A stretch of 64,000 nucleotides of DNA from Alphaproteobacteria bacterium (GCA_016124645.1 WGNE01000034.1:19852-83851); one strand, 5' to 3'. Positions 47,201 to 57,267 are shown, counted from the stretch's first letter. Numbers and translations: made by a program. Notes: generated by a model from the letters alone, not told the origin.

Positions 47201-49363
47201 CGAGGTATGGGCGGTGGCCGCGCGGTTTTCCTGCGTGATCCTGCGCACGTCCAGAATATTGGTGTAGTAAAAATCGCTGTCCTGGCTCAAGGCGTTGGTG
47301 GTGGTGGAGGTCTGGCCCGCGTTGTAGTTCACATCGGTATTGCTGGCGCCCCCCGCCAGCTGCGACTGGACGGCCTTGCCGTTCGTGTCATAGGTATAGG
47401 TGGCGTAGCGCGTGCCGCTTTCATCGGTGATGCCCGTCAGCGCGTTGACGTAAGTTGCGTTCTCGTAGTGGTAGCCGATGGTCTTGGTATCCGGCTTGGT
47501 CACGGTCTCGAGGTTGCCGTTCCCGTCATAGGCATAGCTGAAGGCGCCGTCTGGCGTGACCATCGTCGCGATGCGCCCGCTGGAATAGGTGAAACTGAGC
47601 GACCGCCCGTTCTCGTTGGTGACGGAGGTCAGCTGGCCCGAGCCGTTATAGGCAAGGTTCAGCGCCCCGCCGCCCAGATACTCGATGCGCGTGAGCTGGT
47701 AGGAGCTGTTGTATTTCTCGACCGTGTCGTTCGGCAGGGTGTAGATATATCCCCCGCTGCCGTCGTCCGCCAGCGTCGCCGTGGTGTCGGCATCGTCCGC
47801 CACCCAGTCCGATCCGCTCTTCGTATAGCCCGTGACCGCGCCCGTGCCGTCGGTGATCGAGGCCGTCGTGCCGCCGGTGACGGTCAGCGTGCGCGCGTAA
47901 TTCGTGCGCCAGAGCTGCCCGATCGTGTTGTCCGTCCACGTGCTGTCCGAGCGGTAGATGCGCGAGAAGGTCAATCCGCCCGCGTTGTAATCCGTCGCCG
48001 ATTCTGTCAGGTAGCCGACATCGAAGTTGATGGGGTCGCCGGCAAGGCTGCTTCGCCCCTCGTTGCATGTCACGCAATACCTGCCTGCCTTTGTTGCGTC
48101 AGATGCGGCAACCGTCGTCGGCGTCGTTGTCTGGCTCACCGTGTAAGGACCGGTGTTGTAGTTATAATAGCCCTTAAGGGTGATGGTATATTGACCGGTT
48201 TGAGGTAAAGTCGAGGATAAAGAATTGTAAGCCCACCCCCAGTAAGTACCGTCAGGCTTGATGAAAGTCATAGCCCTCGTAAACGAACCCGTGGTCGTGA
48301 TGGAAACATGATTGCCCGATGTGCCCGTAAAGAAATAGCTGTCAATACCGTTCTTTGGCAGGTTCCCGGAGCGGGTATCTCCGCTGATAAGACTACCGCC
48401 CGAAACGTTTTCTCCGCCAAACTGAGTATAAAGAATGTAAGGGCCGGTGTCATAACGATAATAGCCATACAAAACGACTGTATAGGTACCGCTAACAGGC
48501 AGCGTTACGGCTAAACGGGTGTTTCCCACGGTCCAGTAGCTGCCATCAGGCTTATACAGGTTGATGTGCGCAGTGTAAGAAGCGTTGTCAAAAAGCTGGA
48601 CGTACTGCCCTGCAGTACCTTCCAACTGAAAGCTTTCAATGCCGTTCGTAGGCAGTATGCCGTTATAGGGTTGAGCGCTTACCAACTTACCGTTTGAAAC
48701 CCCACCGCCGCCGAGCTGGTAATACATTGTGAAAGGGCCATACATCGGGTTTGTGCCGGAAGTATATGACGTCATGGCCACAGTGTAGGTTCCGCTGGAA
48801 GGAAGCTGAACACTCAGCAGATCATGGGAAGATCCCCAGTAGCTGCCATCTGATTTATATATATAGATATTGGTTGTATAGTTGGGAGAATGGGTCGTAA
48901 TGAGAACATTCTGCCCGGAATTTCCAGTTAAATGGAAACTCGCAACGCTGTTCCTGTTAGCCAGTGAGCCGTTATAAGGTTGTCCGCTCGTCAGGTCACC
49001 GTTTGCAACGTCTCCTTCCCCGAGTAAATAATCGAAGCTAAAATCGCCAGTGCCTGAAGAGAACTCAGGGGATACGGCTAAATCATAAGTTCCGGTATCG
49101 GGAAGCGTGACGACAAGACGATTGTTCGCAGAGGTCCAGCTACTGCCGTCAGGCTTTTTTATAACCATATGTATGCCATAGGTAGAGTAAGCGCCGAGGA
49201 TAATCCCCTGTCCGGCTGTCCCTGTAAAGCTGTAGTGCAGAGTCGCGCCGACAGCAAGAAACCCGTTTGTCGTCGTGCCGCTGGTGATTGTCGTCGCATG
49301 CGCCGGAGCAGCATGGAAAAAGAGGAACGCGGAAACTAAAATACCAAATAAAAACTTCTTCAT
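44288..49363 (-). CDS. Rhs/YD-repeat polymorphic toxin with Sec signal peptide and N-terminal beta-sandwich repeats
   Basis: Signal peptide MKKFLFGILVSAFLFFHAAPAHA. Four units of about 100 aa (..GTYTV..DGSYW..). Rhs plug GDPINFDVGYLTESATDY. Dozens of YD repeats. Core end NRYYNPAIGRYISSDPIGLAGG...DPVNVIDLLGL. A 142-aa C-terminal module follows. Confidence 0.92.
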   Translation of the reverse strand: MKKFLFGILVSAFLFFHAAPAHATTITSGTTTNGFLAVGATLHYSFTGTAGQGIILGAYSTYGIHMVIKKPDGSSWTSANNRLVVTLPDTGTYDLAVSPEFSSGTGDFSFDYLLGEGDVANGDLTSGQPYNGSLANRNSVASFHLTGNSGQNVLITTHSPNYTTNIYIYKSDGSYWGSSHDLLSVQLPSSGTYTVAMTSYTSGTNPMYGPFTMYYQLGGGGVSNGKLVSAQPYNGILPTNGIESFQLEGTAGQYVQLFDNASYTAHINLYKPDGSYWTVGNTRLAVTLPVSGTYTVVLYGYYRYDTGPYILYTQFGGENVSGGSLISGDTRSGNLPKNGIDSYFFTGTSGNHVSITTTGSFTRAMTFIKPDGTYWGWAYNSLSSTLPQTGQYTITLKGYYNYNTGPYTVSQTTTPTTVAASDATKAGRYCVTCNEGRSSLAGDPINFDVGYLTESATDYNAGGLTFSRIYRSDSTWTDNTIGQLWRTNYARTLTVTGGTTASITDGTGAVTGYTKSGSDWVADDADTTATLADDGSGGYIYTLPNDTVEKYNSSYQLTRIEYLGGGALNLAYNGSGQLTSVTNENGRSLSFTYSSGRIATMVTPDGAFSYAYDGNGNLETVTKPDTKTIGYHYENATYVNALTGITDESGTRYATYTYDTNGKAVQSQLAGGASNTDVNYNAGQTSTTTNALSQDSDFYYTNILDVRRITQENRAATAHTSAASRYYNYDDKGRVIGKTDWENNTTRYQYDDRGNITQITRDADTDDQQITTITYDPTYNLPDLITETGRTTDYDYDTYGRVTSKTVTDTNTSDTRITTYTYYANSTDGSGNTILGRLEQVDGPRTDVTDTTDYTYDSNLDLKTITNALGQVTTIVSRDSAGRPTEVTDPNGTETDYTYDTNGRLQTSTRAVGTALEAETTFDYDDNGNLTKVTLPNSAYLQYSYDSAQRLTGVEDALGNTITYTLDDAGNITQEDVKDSSAALKYTHQKVFDALSRIIQSIGASSQTANYAYDGNSQLTSYTDPNNNATAYAYDGLQRLLTQTDALSGVATNGYDALDNLTSVEDQRSNSTTYTYNAFGDVTGETSPDRGTLSYTVDKAGNVTQRTDARSVVTNYTYDALNRLTSVAYPSDTSLNATLTYDASTGCGTPYKGHLCSVSDAAGTTAFQYDDLGRVTQETDTRGGNALTTAYTYDLAGNIATITLPSGRVVTYTRNANGQASGVSAVVNSTGTTLASSAAYLPFGPMSGFTYGNSLTYSATYNQDYNPTNITVSGGIANWTYTTDDDGNVTQAGATTYGYDALLRVNAENPGTATSYTYDATSNRLTKDDGTTTTTTVPSTSNKISAVGANSYTYDAAGNITNDGTNAYTWSAAGNLATVNTTAGVYTYDWLHRRSKKVTASSTTYYVYGPNGQLFGEYDTSGNFIREYVYLNGAPLAQIDAGSPEVLTYLHTDHLGTPRFATNTGGTQVWSWNNDAFGTSTPSGSVTVNLRMPGQYYDSESGLFANWNRYYNPAIGRYISSDPIGLAGGMNTFGYVGQDPVNVIDLLGLNYYTTHELKSCTTEDTCEELEKKISLLKISIAVRTLQMVPYSLSGQPFEDWWGHAQQIHQQCTMLGKCYDIYEQQIDTGVCHGAPPTRSFSSPMIPRWKWGGYTKTKNSGPTSVPSVPDPNTAAAAASMSLGTVLIIAALAM

Positions 49364-49411
49364 ATCGGCCCTCTTCCCGCAAAAAACGTCTAAAAGCGCT
49401 GCAGTTAAAAT

Positions 49412-50047
49412 TTAATTTTTCCGGCGGAAGTCGATTTCCACGGCCTTGTATTCCTGCCCCGCGCTGCCGGTGAGATAAATCGTCACCTTGTATGTATCGC
49501 TGCTGGTGAATGCGATCTCCGAACGGTATGGCCGTTCCTTGTCTAGCAAGGGGAACATCAGCTTTCCCTTTTGCTCGAGTGCATTATTCTTTTTATCGTA
49601 TTGTCCGGTTCCGGTTGTCATGCTGGTATGGTTGTCATCCAGCCATACGGAGGTGAAGGCTTTTTTAATCCTGTCGTAGCCGAGATAACCTATAGCGTTA
49701 TAGGGGATGTTCTGGCCGCCGATATTCAGGGGAACACTCGTCTCGAGCGACAGGAAGCGGTTGTTGAAAATCATCTTGTTGGTCGTATAGCCCGTGGACA
49801 TTTGGGCGGGCGCGCCTTTTTTGCTCCAAAAATTGAGGTCGTAATCCCAGTCCCCGACGAGGGCGGCCAGAATCTGGTTCTGCTCAGAAGCTTCCCCCTG
49901 CTTTTCCAGTTTCTGCATGGCCTCCTTGCCCAGCAATTCGGCGCGTGGCGCGGGCGTTGCCTTGGCCTTCTGCGCCGCAAACGCGGGCGCGCCGGTTCCG
50001 GCCATCAAAAAAACTGCAATGAATAATGCGATGAAAGACCTGCTCAT
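49412..50047 (-). CDS. DUF1579-like exported protein
   Basis: Signal peptide (FIALFIAVFLMAGTGAPAFA). LVGDWDY...GYLGYDRIKKAFTSVWLDDNHTSMTTGTGQYDKK...YKAVEIDFRRKN fits the DUF1579 pattern as I recall it. Confidence 0.55.
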   Translation of the reverse strand: MSRSFIALFIAVFLMAGTGAPAFAAQKAKATPAPRAELLGKEAMQKLEKQGEASEQNQILAALVGDWDYDLNFWSKKGAPAQMSTGYTTNKMIFNNRFLSLETSVPLNIGGQNIPYNAIGYLGYDRIKKAFTSVWLDDNHTSMTTGTGQYDKKNNALEQKGKLMFPLLDKERPYRSEIAFTSSDTYKVTIYLTGSAGQEYKAVEIDFRRKN

Positions 50048-50312
50048 CTATTCCCCTCTTGTGAACAGCGCCGGAAAGCCTGGCTGCGAAGCTGAAACGA
50101 TGTGACCCACAACCGCCCGGTCTTCCCGCCCGGCGCGGATGACGCCAGACGAAAAGAAGAATCCGTCACGGACTGGTTTTTATCTTTTCCATGATACGAC
50201 CGCAAGGTTAATAAATAGAGAATTTTTCAACCTGAGCACGTATGTGTGCGGCGAGGGTGACGGCAACGGAAAAGCTGCCGGGCCGTATAAACGAAACCGA
50301 AAATAAAAAAAA

Positions 50313-50903
50313 TCAGGAAGGTTTTCTTTGCGCCTTTTGTCCCTGCGCTGCGGGGCGCGCGGGCGGGCTTGAGGTTATCTCCCATGTCGCATCGAAGGCT
50401 TTCTTGTCGATGCCGGTGACGTGGCCCTTGTCGTCCACCTTCAGCGTCGCGCCGGTGAAGAGGAACTGGTGCTGCCCGGCGCCCCAGGCGTCCTTGATGC
50501 AGGAGGGCTCGCGCACCGCTTCCTGCAGCAGGCTGGCGGTCTTCGTGCTTTTCACGCGCACGCCGCCGTGTTCGTAATCGTCGGCGGTGATCTCGTAGCC
50601 CTTGCTTTCCAGCGCGCTGAACTGCCAGCGCGTGCCGTCGGTATTGCCGGGCACATAGACGTCGTCCGGGTTGTGCAGGTTGGTGAAGATGGCGTCGCCT
50701 TTTCGCGCGGTATAGACAGATTCGATCTTGCCCTTGGTGTTCTTGGTCTCGATGCGCTCGCCGCCCTGCGCGCAACGCACCAGCGTTTCCGTCGCCTTGC
50801 GTCCCTGCGCCGCGCCGCTGAAATCGACCGCCGCCACGTCCAGCACCTTGCAACGCGTGCCGTCGGGGCTGTCGATGTATTCTTCCTTGTAGGGCAGGCC
50901 CAT
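50313..50903 (-). CDS. hypothetical protein
   Basis: 196-aa ORF, chosen over the overlapping Arg/Gly-rich ORF 50227-50964. No motif recognised. Confidence 0.45.
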   Translation of the reverse strand: MGLPYKEEYIDSPDGTRCKVLDVAAVDFSGAAQGRKATETLVRCAQGGERIETKNTKGKIESVYTARKGDAIFTNLHNPDDVYVPGNTDGTRWQFSALESKGYEITADDYEHGGVRVKSTKTASLLQEAVREPSCIKDAWGAGQHQFLFTGATLKVDDKGHVTGIDKKAFDATWEITSSPPARPAAQGQKAQRKPS

Positions 50904-50986
50904 TTTCGCATCCTCTTCCTCTAAGATGATACAGGAGGAAGGTTAAAAAGGGCTGAGCGCGCAAACAATTGAAAATAAAACGATAT

Positions 50987-51892
50987 TTAAAGCGATTTCG
51001 CCAACGCGAGACCGAGCAGGATGGTGAGCAGCGGGCCGAGGGTCTGCTGCAGGGCGGTCAGCGCGTCATCCGTCTGCTTGTTGTAATATTCGGCGACATG
51101 GGCGAGCGTCTGGGAAAGATTGCCTGAATTCTCCCCCGCCTTCAGCATCACGACGGACATGCGGTCGGCGTAGCGGCACTTGACGAAGGCCTCCGCCAGC
51201 GACGCGCCCGCCTGCACGCGCGGAATGGCGGCCGCGAGGTCGTCGCGCAGCACGAGGTTGGGCACCACCCCCACCGCGATCTCCAGCCCGCGCCGCAGCG
51301 GGATGCCCGCCATATAGGCCATGCCCAGCGCGTCGGCGAAGCGCGCATAGGAATACTGCCGGATGAAGCGCGCGCCGGGACCGCTCATCAGGAACAAATG
51401 GTCGGTCAGACGCCGCACCCCCGGCACATAGCGGCGGCCCCAGGTGACGGCGAAGACGGCGGCGAGGACGCCGACCGCCAGCTTCGGAAAAAGGCTGTGC
51501 CGCTTGACGAGCGCCATGCCCGCGATGACCACGGCGGCGATCTTCGGCTGCAGCGTCGCGCGGCGCATCTGGCGGCTGTGGTTTTCGACCTGTTCGTAAT
51601 AATCCTTGCAGCGTTCCAGCACGCGGGCGAGCTTGCCCGATTCCTCCCCCGCCGCCACCAGCCCGCGCACCGCGTCGTCGAACAAATGCGGGTAAAGCCC
51701 CATCGCCTCGTACAGCTTGCCGCCGCCGCGCAGGAACGCGGACATGTTGCGCCATTTTTTCGCCAGCCCCGGAATCTCTTCGTCCTGCGCCGCCGCGTCG
51801 AGCGACTGCATCAGCGGCAGTCCCGCCTTCTCCATCTGCGAGAGATGGAGGAAAAAGCTGGTGAGGGCGCGGGCGGTTTTTTTCGAGGCCAT
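50987..51892 (-). CDS. type II secretion system F / PilC-like inner-membrane platform protein (orphan)
   Basis: Two T2SS-F-type domains (FFLHLSQMEKAGLPLMQSLD...VAAGEESGKLARVLE and ALGMAYMAGIPLRRGLE...LKAGENSGNLSQTLAHVAEYY) separated by TM helices. Confidence 0.7.
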   Translation of the reverse strand: MASKKTARALTSFFLHLSQMEKAGLPLMQSLDAAAQDEEIPGLAKKWRNMSAFLRGGGKLYEAMGLYPHLFDDAVRGLVAAGEESGKLARVLERCKDYYEQVENHSRQMRRATLQPKIAAVVIAGMALVKRHSLFPKLAVGVLAAVFAVTWGRRYVPGVRRLTDHLFLMSGPGARFIRQYSYARFADALGMAYMAGIPLRRGLEIAVGVVPNLVLRDDLAAAIPRVQAGASLAEAFVKCRYADRMSVVMLKAGENSGNLSQTLAHVAEYYNKQTDDALTALQQTLGPLLTILLGLALAKSL

Positions 51893-51897
51893 GCGGT

Positions 51898-52767
51898 TTA
51901 AGGTTTCTTCGGCCCGCCGTCGGGCGCATCCGCCGGCTCGACGGTCAGGCCCATCGGCAGCAGGATGTCCTTGCCACCCGCCCGGTACTGGACGAAGTAT
52001 TTCAAAAATCCCGCGCGCTTCGGGTGCAGAATGAAGATGACCGGGGTGAAGCCGCGGTCGTCCGGCGATTTCGGCGCGAAGCCGACGGTGTACATGTGCT
52101 GCACCGTCGAAAAATCGTCATAGAAACCGACGATATAGGCGAAGCCGTCCATCACCGGTTGCAACCCGGCGAAGGGCATGCTGTTCTTTTCGTCGATATA
52201 AAGCTTTCCGATGGCATCCTTGCCCGCCTTCACCGTCTTGCCGTCCCAGATCACGTAGATGCTGCTGCCCTCGAGCTTCACGCGCTGGGCGAAGATCTTG
52301 TTGACGCAAAAGCTCTTGCAGGGCTCCTTGCCCGGCAGCAACGCCGGAATGTCCTGCGCGGGCTTGCCCTTCGGCTTGATCTCGACGAAAACCTTGTAGT
52401 CGTGCGGCTGCTGCGGCGTGAAGGAAAAGATGTAGTTGCCGGGCATGCCGTCGGGTCGCGGGAAGATGTGCTGGAAATCCTGCAGGCTCTGGTCCACCAC
52501 CAGCAGGTTGATCTTGTCGTCGCCGACGGGGTCGAGCTTGCGTAGCGTCACCGGGTCGCCGTCCCCGTCCGTCAGGCGCAGGCTGAGATGCGCTTCCTGC
52601 CCCTTGACCAGCGGCACGACGGATTCGACATGCGCGTGATAGGTAGGCGCACCGTAGGGGATGTTTTGCGGCGTGTCCTGCGTCGCGCGCGCGCCGCCCG
52701 CGCCGCAAATAACGAAAGCGCCGCACATGAAAAACGCAAAGACGCGTGAAAAAGAAATCGCTGACAT
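51898..52767 (-). CDS. exported hypothetical protein (possible Ig-like/YtkA-FixH-like fold)
   Basis: Signal peptide. KINLLVVDQSLQDFQHIFPRPDGMPGNYIFSFTPQQPHDYKVFVEIKP resembles YtkA/FixH-type periplasmic domains. Weak, motif-level evidence only. Confidence 0.5.
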   Translation of the reverse strand: MSAISFSRVFAFFMCGAFVICGAGGARATQDTPQNIPYGAPTYHAHVESVVPLVKGQEAHLSLRLTDGDGDPVTLRKLDPVGDDKINLLVVDQSLQDFQHIFPRPDGMPGNYIFSFTPQQPHDYKVFVEIKPKGKPAQDIPALLPGKEPCKSFCVNKIFAQRVKLEGSSIYVIWDGKTVKAGKDAIGKLYIDEKNSMPFAGLQPVMDGFAYIVGFYDDFSTVQHMYTVGFAPKSPDDRGFTPVIFILHPKRAGFLKYFVQYRAGGKDILLPMGLTVEPADAPDGGPKKP

Positions 52768-53175
52768 GAAAAAAAACCCGCTTTCGCCGTTTACCGCCGC
52801 GCGCCTTGCACCCCCGCGCTTCCATGATAAATTATGCCACAGATTGCCCGCGCAAAGGAACAGCGCAGGGCATGATTCCGCGGGTTTTCATAGGCGGAGA
52901 TGCGTGCGAAAACGCCGCGCGGCGCGCATGCGAATCGTCCGTCATTGCGGGAATCTTCTGTGAAAAGCGTCATTTTCCATGTGCGAATGCACAAAAATTT
53001 GCGCGCGATTGAACGCAATTTCAAAAAAAATTTTCGTTTTGTTTTCAACGCGTTTTTTTGCGCTGCGGGAAAACCGGAAAATATTTGTCTGGACAAAACG
53101 CGCCAATCTTCTCTAAGACCGAAATGGGGCAGCTAGAAGGTCCCATCGCATTAACACCTAACAAGGAGAGATGCC

Positions 53176-53307
53176 ATGAGCAACGAAGAAAACAAAACCG
53201 AAGAGCAAGCAGCTCCCGCACAAGCGGAAGAGAAAAAGGAAGAGGGCGCCTGCACCGAAGGTGCAAAAGAAGAAGGTGCCTGCACCGCCGACAAAGGCGC
53301 TGCATAA
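53176..53307 (+). CDS. small acidic Cys-containing peptide (43 aa)
   Basis: My own translation gives MSNEENKTEEQAAPAQAEEKKEEGACTEGAKEEGACTADKGAA. AAGGAGAG Shine-Dalgarno 6 nt upstream and a strong terminator downstream. Below the ORF-track cutoff. Confidence 0.5.
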   Translation: MSNEENKTEEQAAPAQAEEKKEEGACTEGAKEEGACTADKGAA

Positions 53308-53327
53308 GCTCTTCCCTCTCTTTGAGG

Positions 53328-53370
53328 AAAAAAGAAGCCGGGTTGTCGAAAACCCGGCTTCTTGCTGTTT
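53328..53370 (+). terminator. Rho-independent terminator
   Basis: AGAAGCCGGGTT-GTCGAA-AACCCGGCTTCT followed by a T-rich tract. Confidence 0.75.
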
Positions 53371-53483
53371 ACGCGGCGGCGCAGCATGCATTTTATCTTT
53401 GTTTTACAGTGACTTTTTCCTGCGCGCTTGCCAGAACCGGCATGTTTGTCTAAGATAACAGGCAAGCAAAAAAGAGGAAAAGC

Positions 53484-54038
53484 ATGACGACACCTGCACT
53501 GCAGATCGTGAAGGCGCTGAATTTCGCGGCGCAGAAACACACCGACCAGCGCCGCAAGGGCGAACGCGCGGAGCCCTACGTCAACCACCTCACCGAAGTC
53601 GCCGAGCTTCTGGCCACGCATACCGGCGGCACGAACACCGACGTCATCCTCGCCGGCATCCTGCACGACACGGTGGAGGACACGAAAACCACGCGCGACG
53701 AACTGGTGCGCGAATTCGGCGAGAACATCGCGGACATCGTGATGGAATGCACCGACGACAAGAGCCTGCCGAAGGCCGAGCGCAAGCGCCTGCAGGTCGA
53801 AAACGCGCCGCATAAATCCGACGACGCGAAGATGGTGAAGATGGCGGATAAAATCTCCAACCTGCGCGCCATCCTGCTCAGCCCGCCGCCCGACTGGGAA
53901 CTGTCGCGCAAACAGGAATACTTCGACTGGGCCAAGAAAGTCGTCGATGGTTGCCGCGGCGTGAACGCGGGTCTGGAGAAGGAATTCGACAAGACTTATG
54001 CCCGCGGCGTGAAGACCTTCGGCATGAAGGCGGCGTAA
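53484..54038 (+). CDS. HD-domain (p)ppGpp hydrolase-like protein (small alarmone hydrolase, Mesh1/SpoT-hydrolase type)
   Basis: ALNFAAQKHTDQRRKGERAEPYVNHLTEVA...AGILHDTVEDT...ADIVMECTDD...KMADKISNLR. Confidence 0.75.
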   Translation: MTTPALQIVKALNFAAQKHTDQRRKGERAEPYVNHLTEVAELLATHTGGTNTDVILAGILHDTVEDTKTTRDELVREFGENIADIVMECTDDKSLPKAERKRLQVENAPHKSDDAKMVKMADKISNLRAILLSPPPDWELSRKQEYFDWAKKVVDGCRGVNAGLEKEFDKTYARGVKTFGMKAA

Positions 54039-54101
54039 GAAAACAGCCCGCCTTTCGAAAAGACGGGCCGTTTTGCAAATCCGTTCAAGACAAGAAACAG
54101 G

Positions 54102-55946
<1,845 letters not shown>

Positions 55947-56016
55947 GTCTGTATCCGCCTCTTTATATATAATGTGTTGTTTTGGGCGGGCTTTTTGCCG
56001 CCTTTTCCCGCACCCT

Positions 56017-56040
56017 ATTGAAAAATAATCATTTTTCAAT
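56017..56040. promoter_or_regulatory. perfect 10-4-10 palindrome in the typA divergent intergenic region
   Basis: ATTGAAAAAT-AATC-ATTTTTCAAT. Confidence 0.45.
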
Positions 56041-56095
56041 GACTTTTTGAACGCGGCCACATAATACACGATTTTTTAGTTATGTATAGTATAAT

Positions 56096-57259
56096 ATGCG
56101 GGAAGGCGTGTTTCTCTCTATCCGGGGCGGTATGGAAGATTTCCGGCATAAAAAAGGCCTGCGCGGCCAGAAAAGCCTGACGGCGGTCTGGCGGCGGCTG
56201 CGGCTGACCACGGCGCTGACCGTGAGCATGACGGCGCTGGGCGCCTTGGCGGGCGCGCCGCAGGTTTCGGCCCAGACGCCCGCGAGGACGGAGCAGGCGC
56301 AGAACGAGATACAGATCCCGGTGCAGGTTCTCACCCCCGCGCCGGACACCGTGCTCACCCCCGAGCAGCGCGAGGACGCCATCCGCAAAATACTGCTGGC
56401 GGACGCGCGTACGCATTACGCGCAGTACGCGCCGCTGGCGAAAACCGAGTATTCCAAAGAGCTTGCGCAGCTGCAAACCCGCATGAGCGCCTATATGGCC
56501 CGCCACAACGCCAACGCCCTGAAACGCGCGGCGCCGCTGGACCCCGCGCAGTTCGACGTCGGCCTCGCCTTCGGCATGACGACCGGCCAGACGATCTCGG
56601 CCATGCTGAAAGCCCAGCACGTGACGCCCGGCAAGAACACGGTCGAGGAAGCCGTGGACGGCATGTTCAACATGACCGCGCTGCCCTACAGCAACGCCGC
56701 CGACTACACGCAGGAACCGCACGCCCTCATCGACCCCGACGAGCCGGACATGACCGCCTGCGCCATCGTGCCCTCCTCCGACTACCTGCTGCCCTACCAT
56801 ATCGACGGCCTCACGACCGACACGACCGTCACCTTCGTCAACCGGCACGAGTTCTGGCACTGCATGGACGACCGCTACGTGATGTCCAAGGGCATGGCCG
56901 AGAGGCAAAAGAGCATTAGCATGAAAACGCCGGCGGATTTCCGCAAGCTGCTGGCAAGGCCTGACCTGCTCTCCGACATGGCCGTGATCGGGCGCAAGGA
57001 GGCGCTGGCCGACGCGGGCGCGCTGGGCGACCTCATCCGCGAGGGAGCGGACCCCGCCATCATCGACAAGGTCATCGCCTGGCGGTCTTCCCAGCCCGGG
57101 GATGCCACGCACTATTCCCCGCCCGTATTGCGCGCGCTCAAAGCGAAGATCGCCGACATGGGGCTGGCCAAGTTCCGCAAGCTGGACGACGGCGCGGCCA
57201 AGAACCTTTATTACAAGCTGACCGACGCCCACGGGCTTTCGATGCGGGCGAGAGGCTGA
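56096..57259 (+). CDS. exported hypothetical protein with HExxH motif (possible zinc metallopeptidase)
   Basis: Signal-like LRLTTALTVSMTALGALAGAPQVSAQ. HEFWH at 56846-56860. Alternative start at 56132. Confidence 0.55.
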   Translation: MREGVFLSIRGGMEDFRHKKGLRGQKSLTAVWRRLRLTTALTVSMTALGALAGAPQVSAQTPARTEQAQNEIQIPVQVLTPAPDTVLTPEQREDAIRKILLADARTHYAQYAPLAKTEYSKELAQLQTRMSAYMARHNANALKRAAPLDPAQFDVGLAFGMTTGQTISAMLKAQHVTPGKNTVEEAVDGMFNMTALPYSNAADYTQEPHALIDPDEPDMTACAIVPSSDYLLPYHIDGLTTDTTVTFVNRHEFWHCMDDRYVMSKGMAERQKSISMKTPADFRKLLARPDLLSDMAVIGRKEALADAGALGDLIREGADPAIIDKVIAWRSSQPGDATHYSPPVLRALKAKIADMGLAKFRKLDDGAAKNLYYKLTDAHGLSMRARG

Positions 57260-57267
57260 GAATCGTC

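Noticed and set aside
45002-48208. 1068-aa plus-strand ORF inside rhs; likewise 17659-19533 (+), 15765-17582 (+), 19646-20839 (-), 54345-56021 (+), 57876-59150 (-), 59174-60337 (-), 61646-63895 (-), 22812-24008 (+)
   Set aside because: These are Arg/Gly/Ala/Val-rich shadow ORFs antisense to, or out of frame with, clearly homologous genes. This is a typical artefact of high GC content.
43139-50300. Classical integrase-mediated tRNA-linked genomic island
   Set aside because: No integrase gene and no direct repeat of the tRNA-Thr 3' end could be found by eye downstream. The island interpretation is kept only as a compositional and positional observation.
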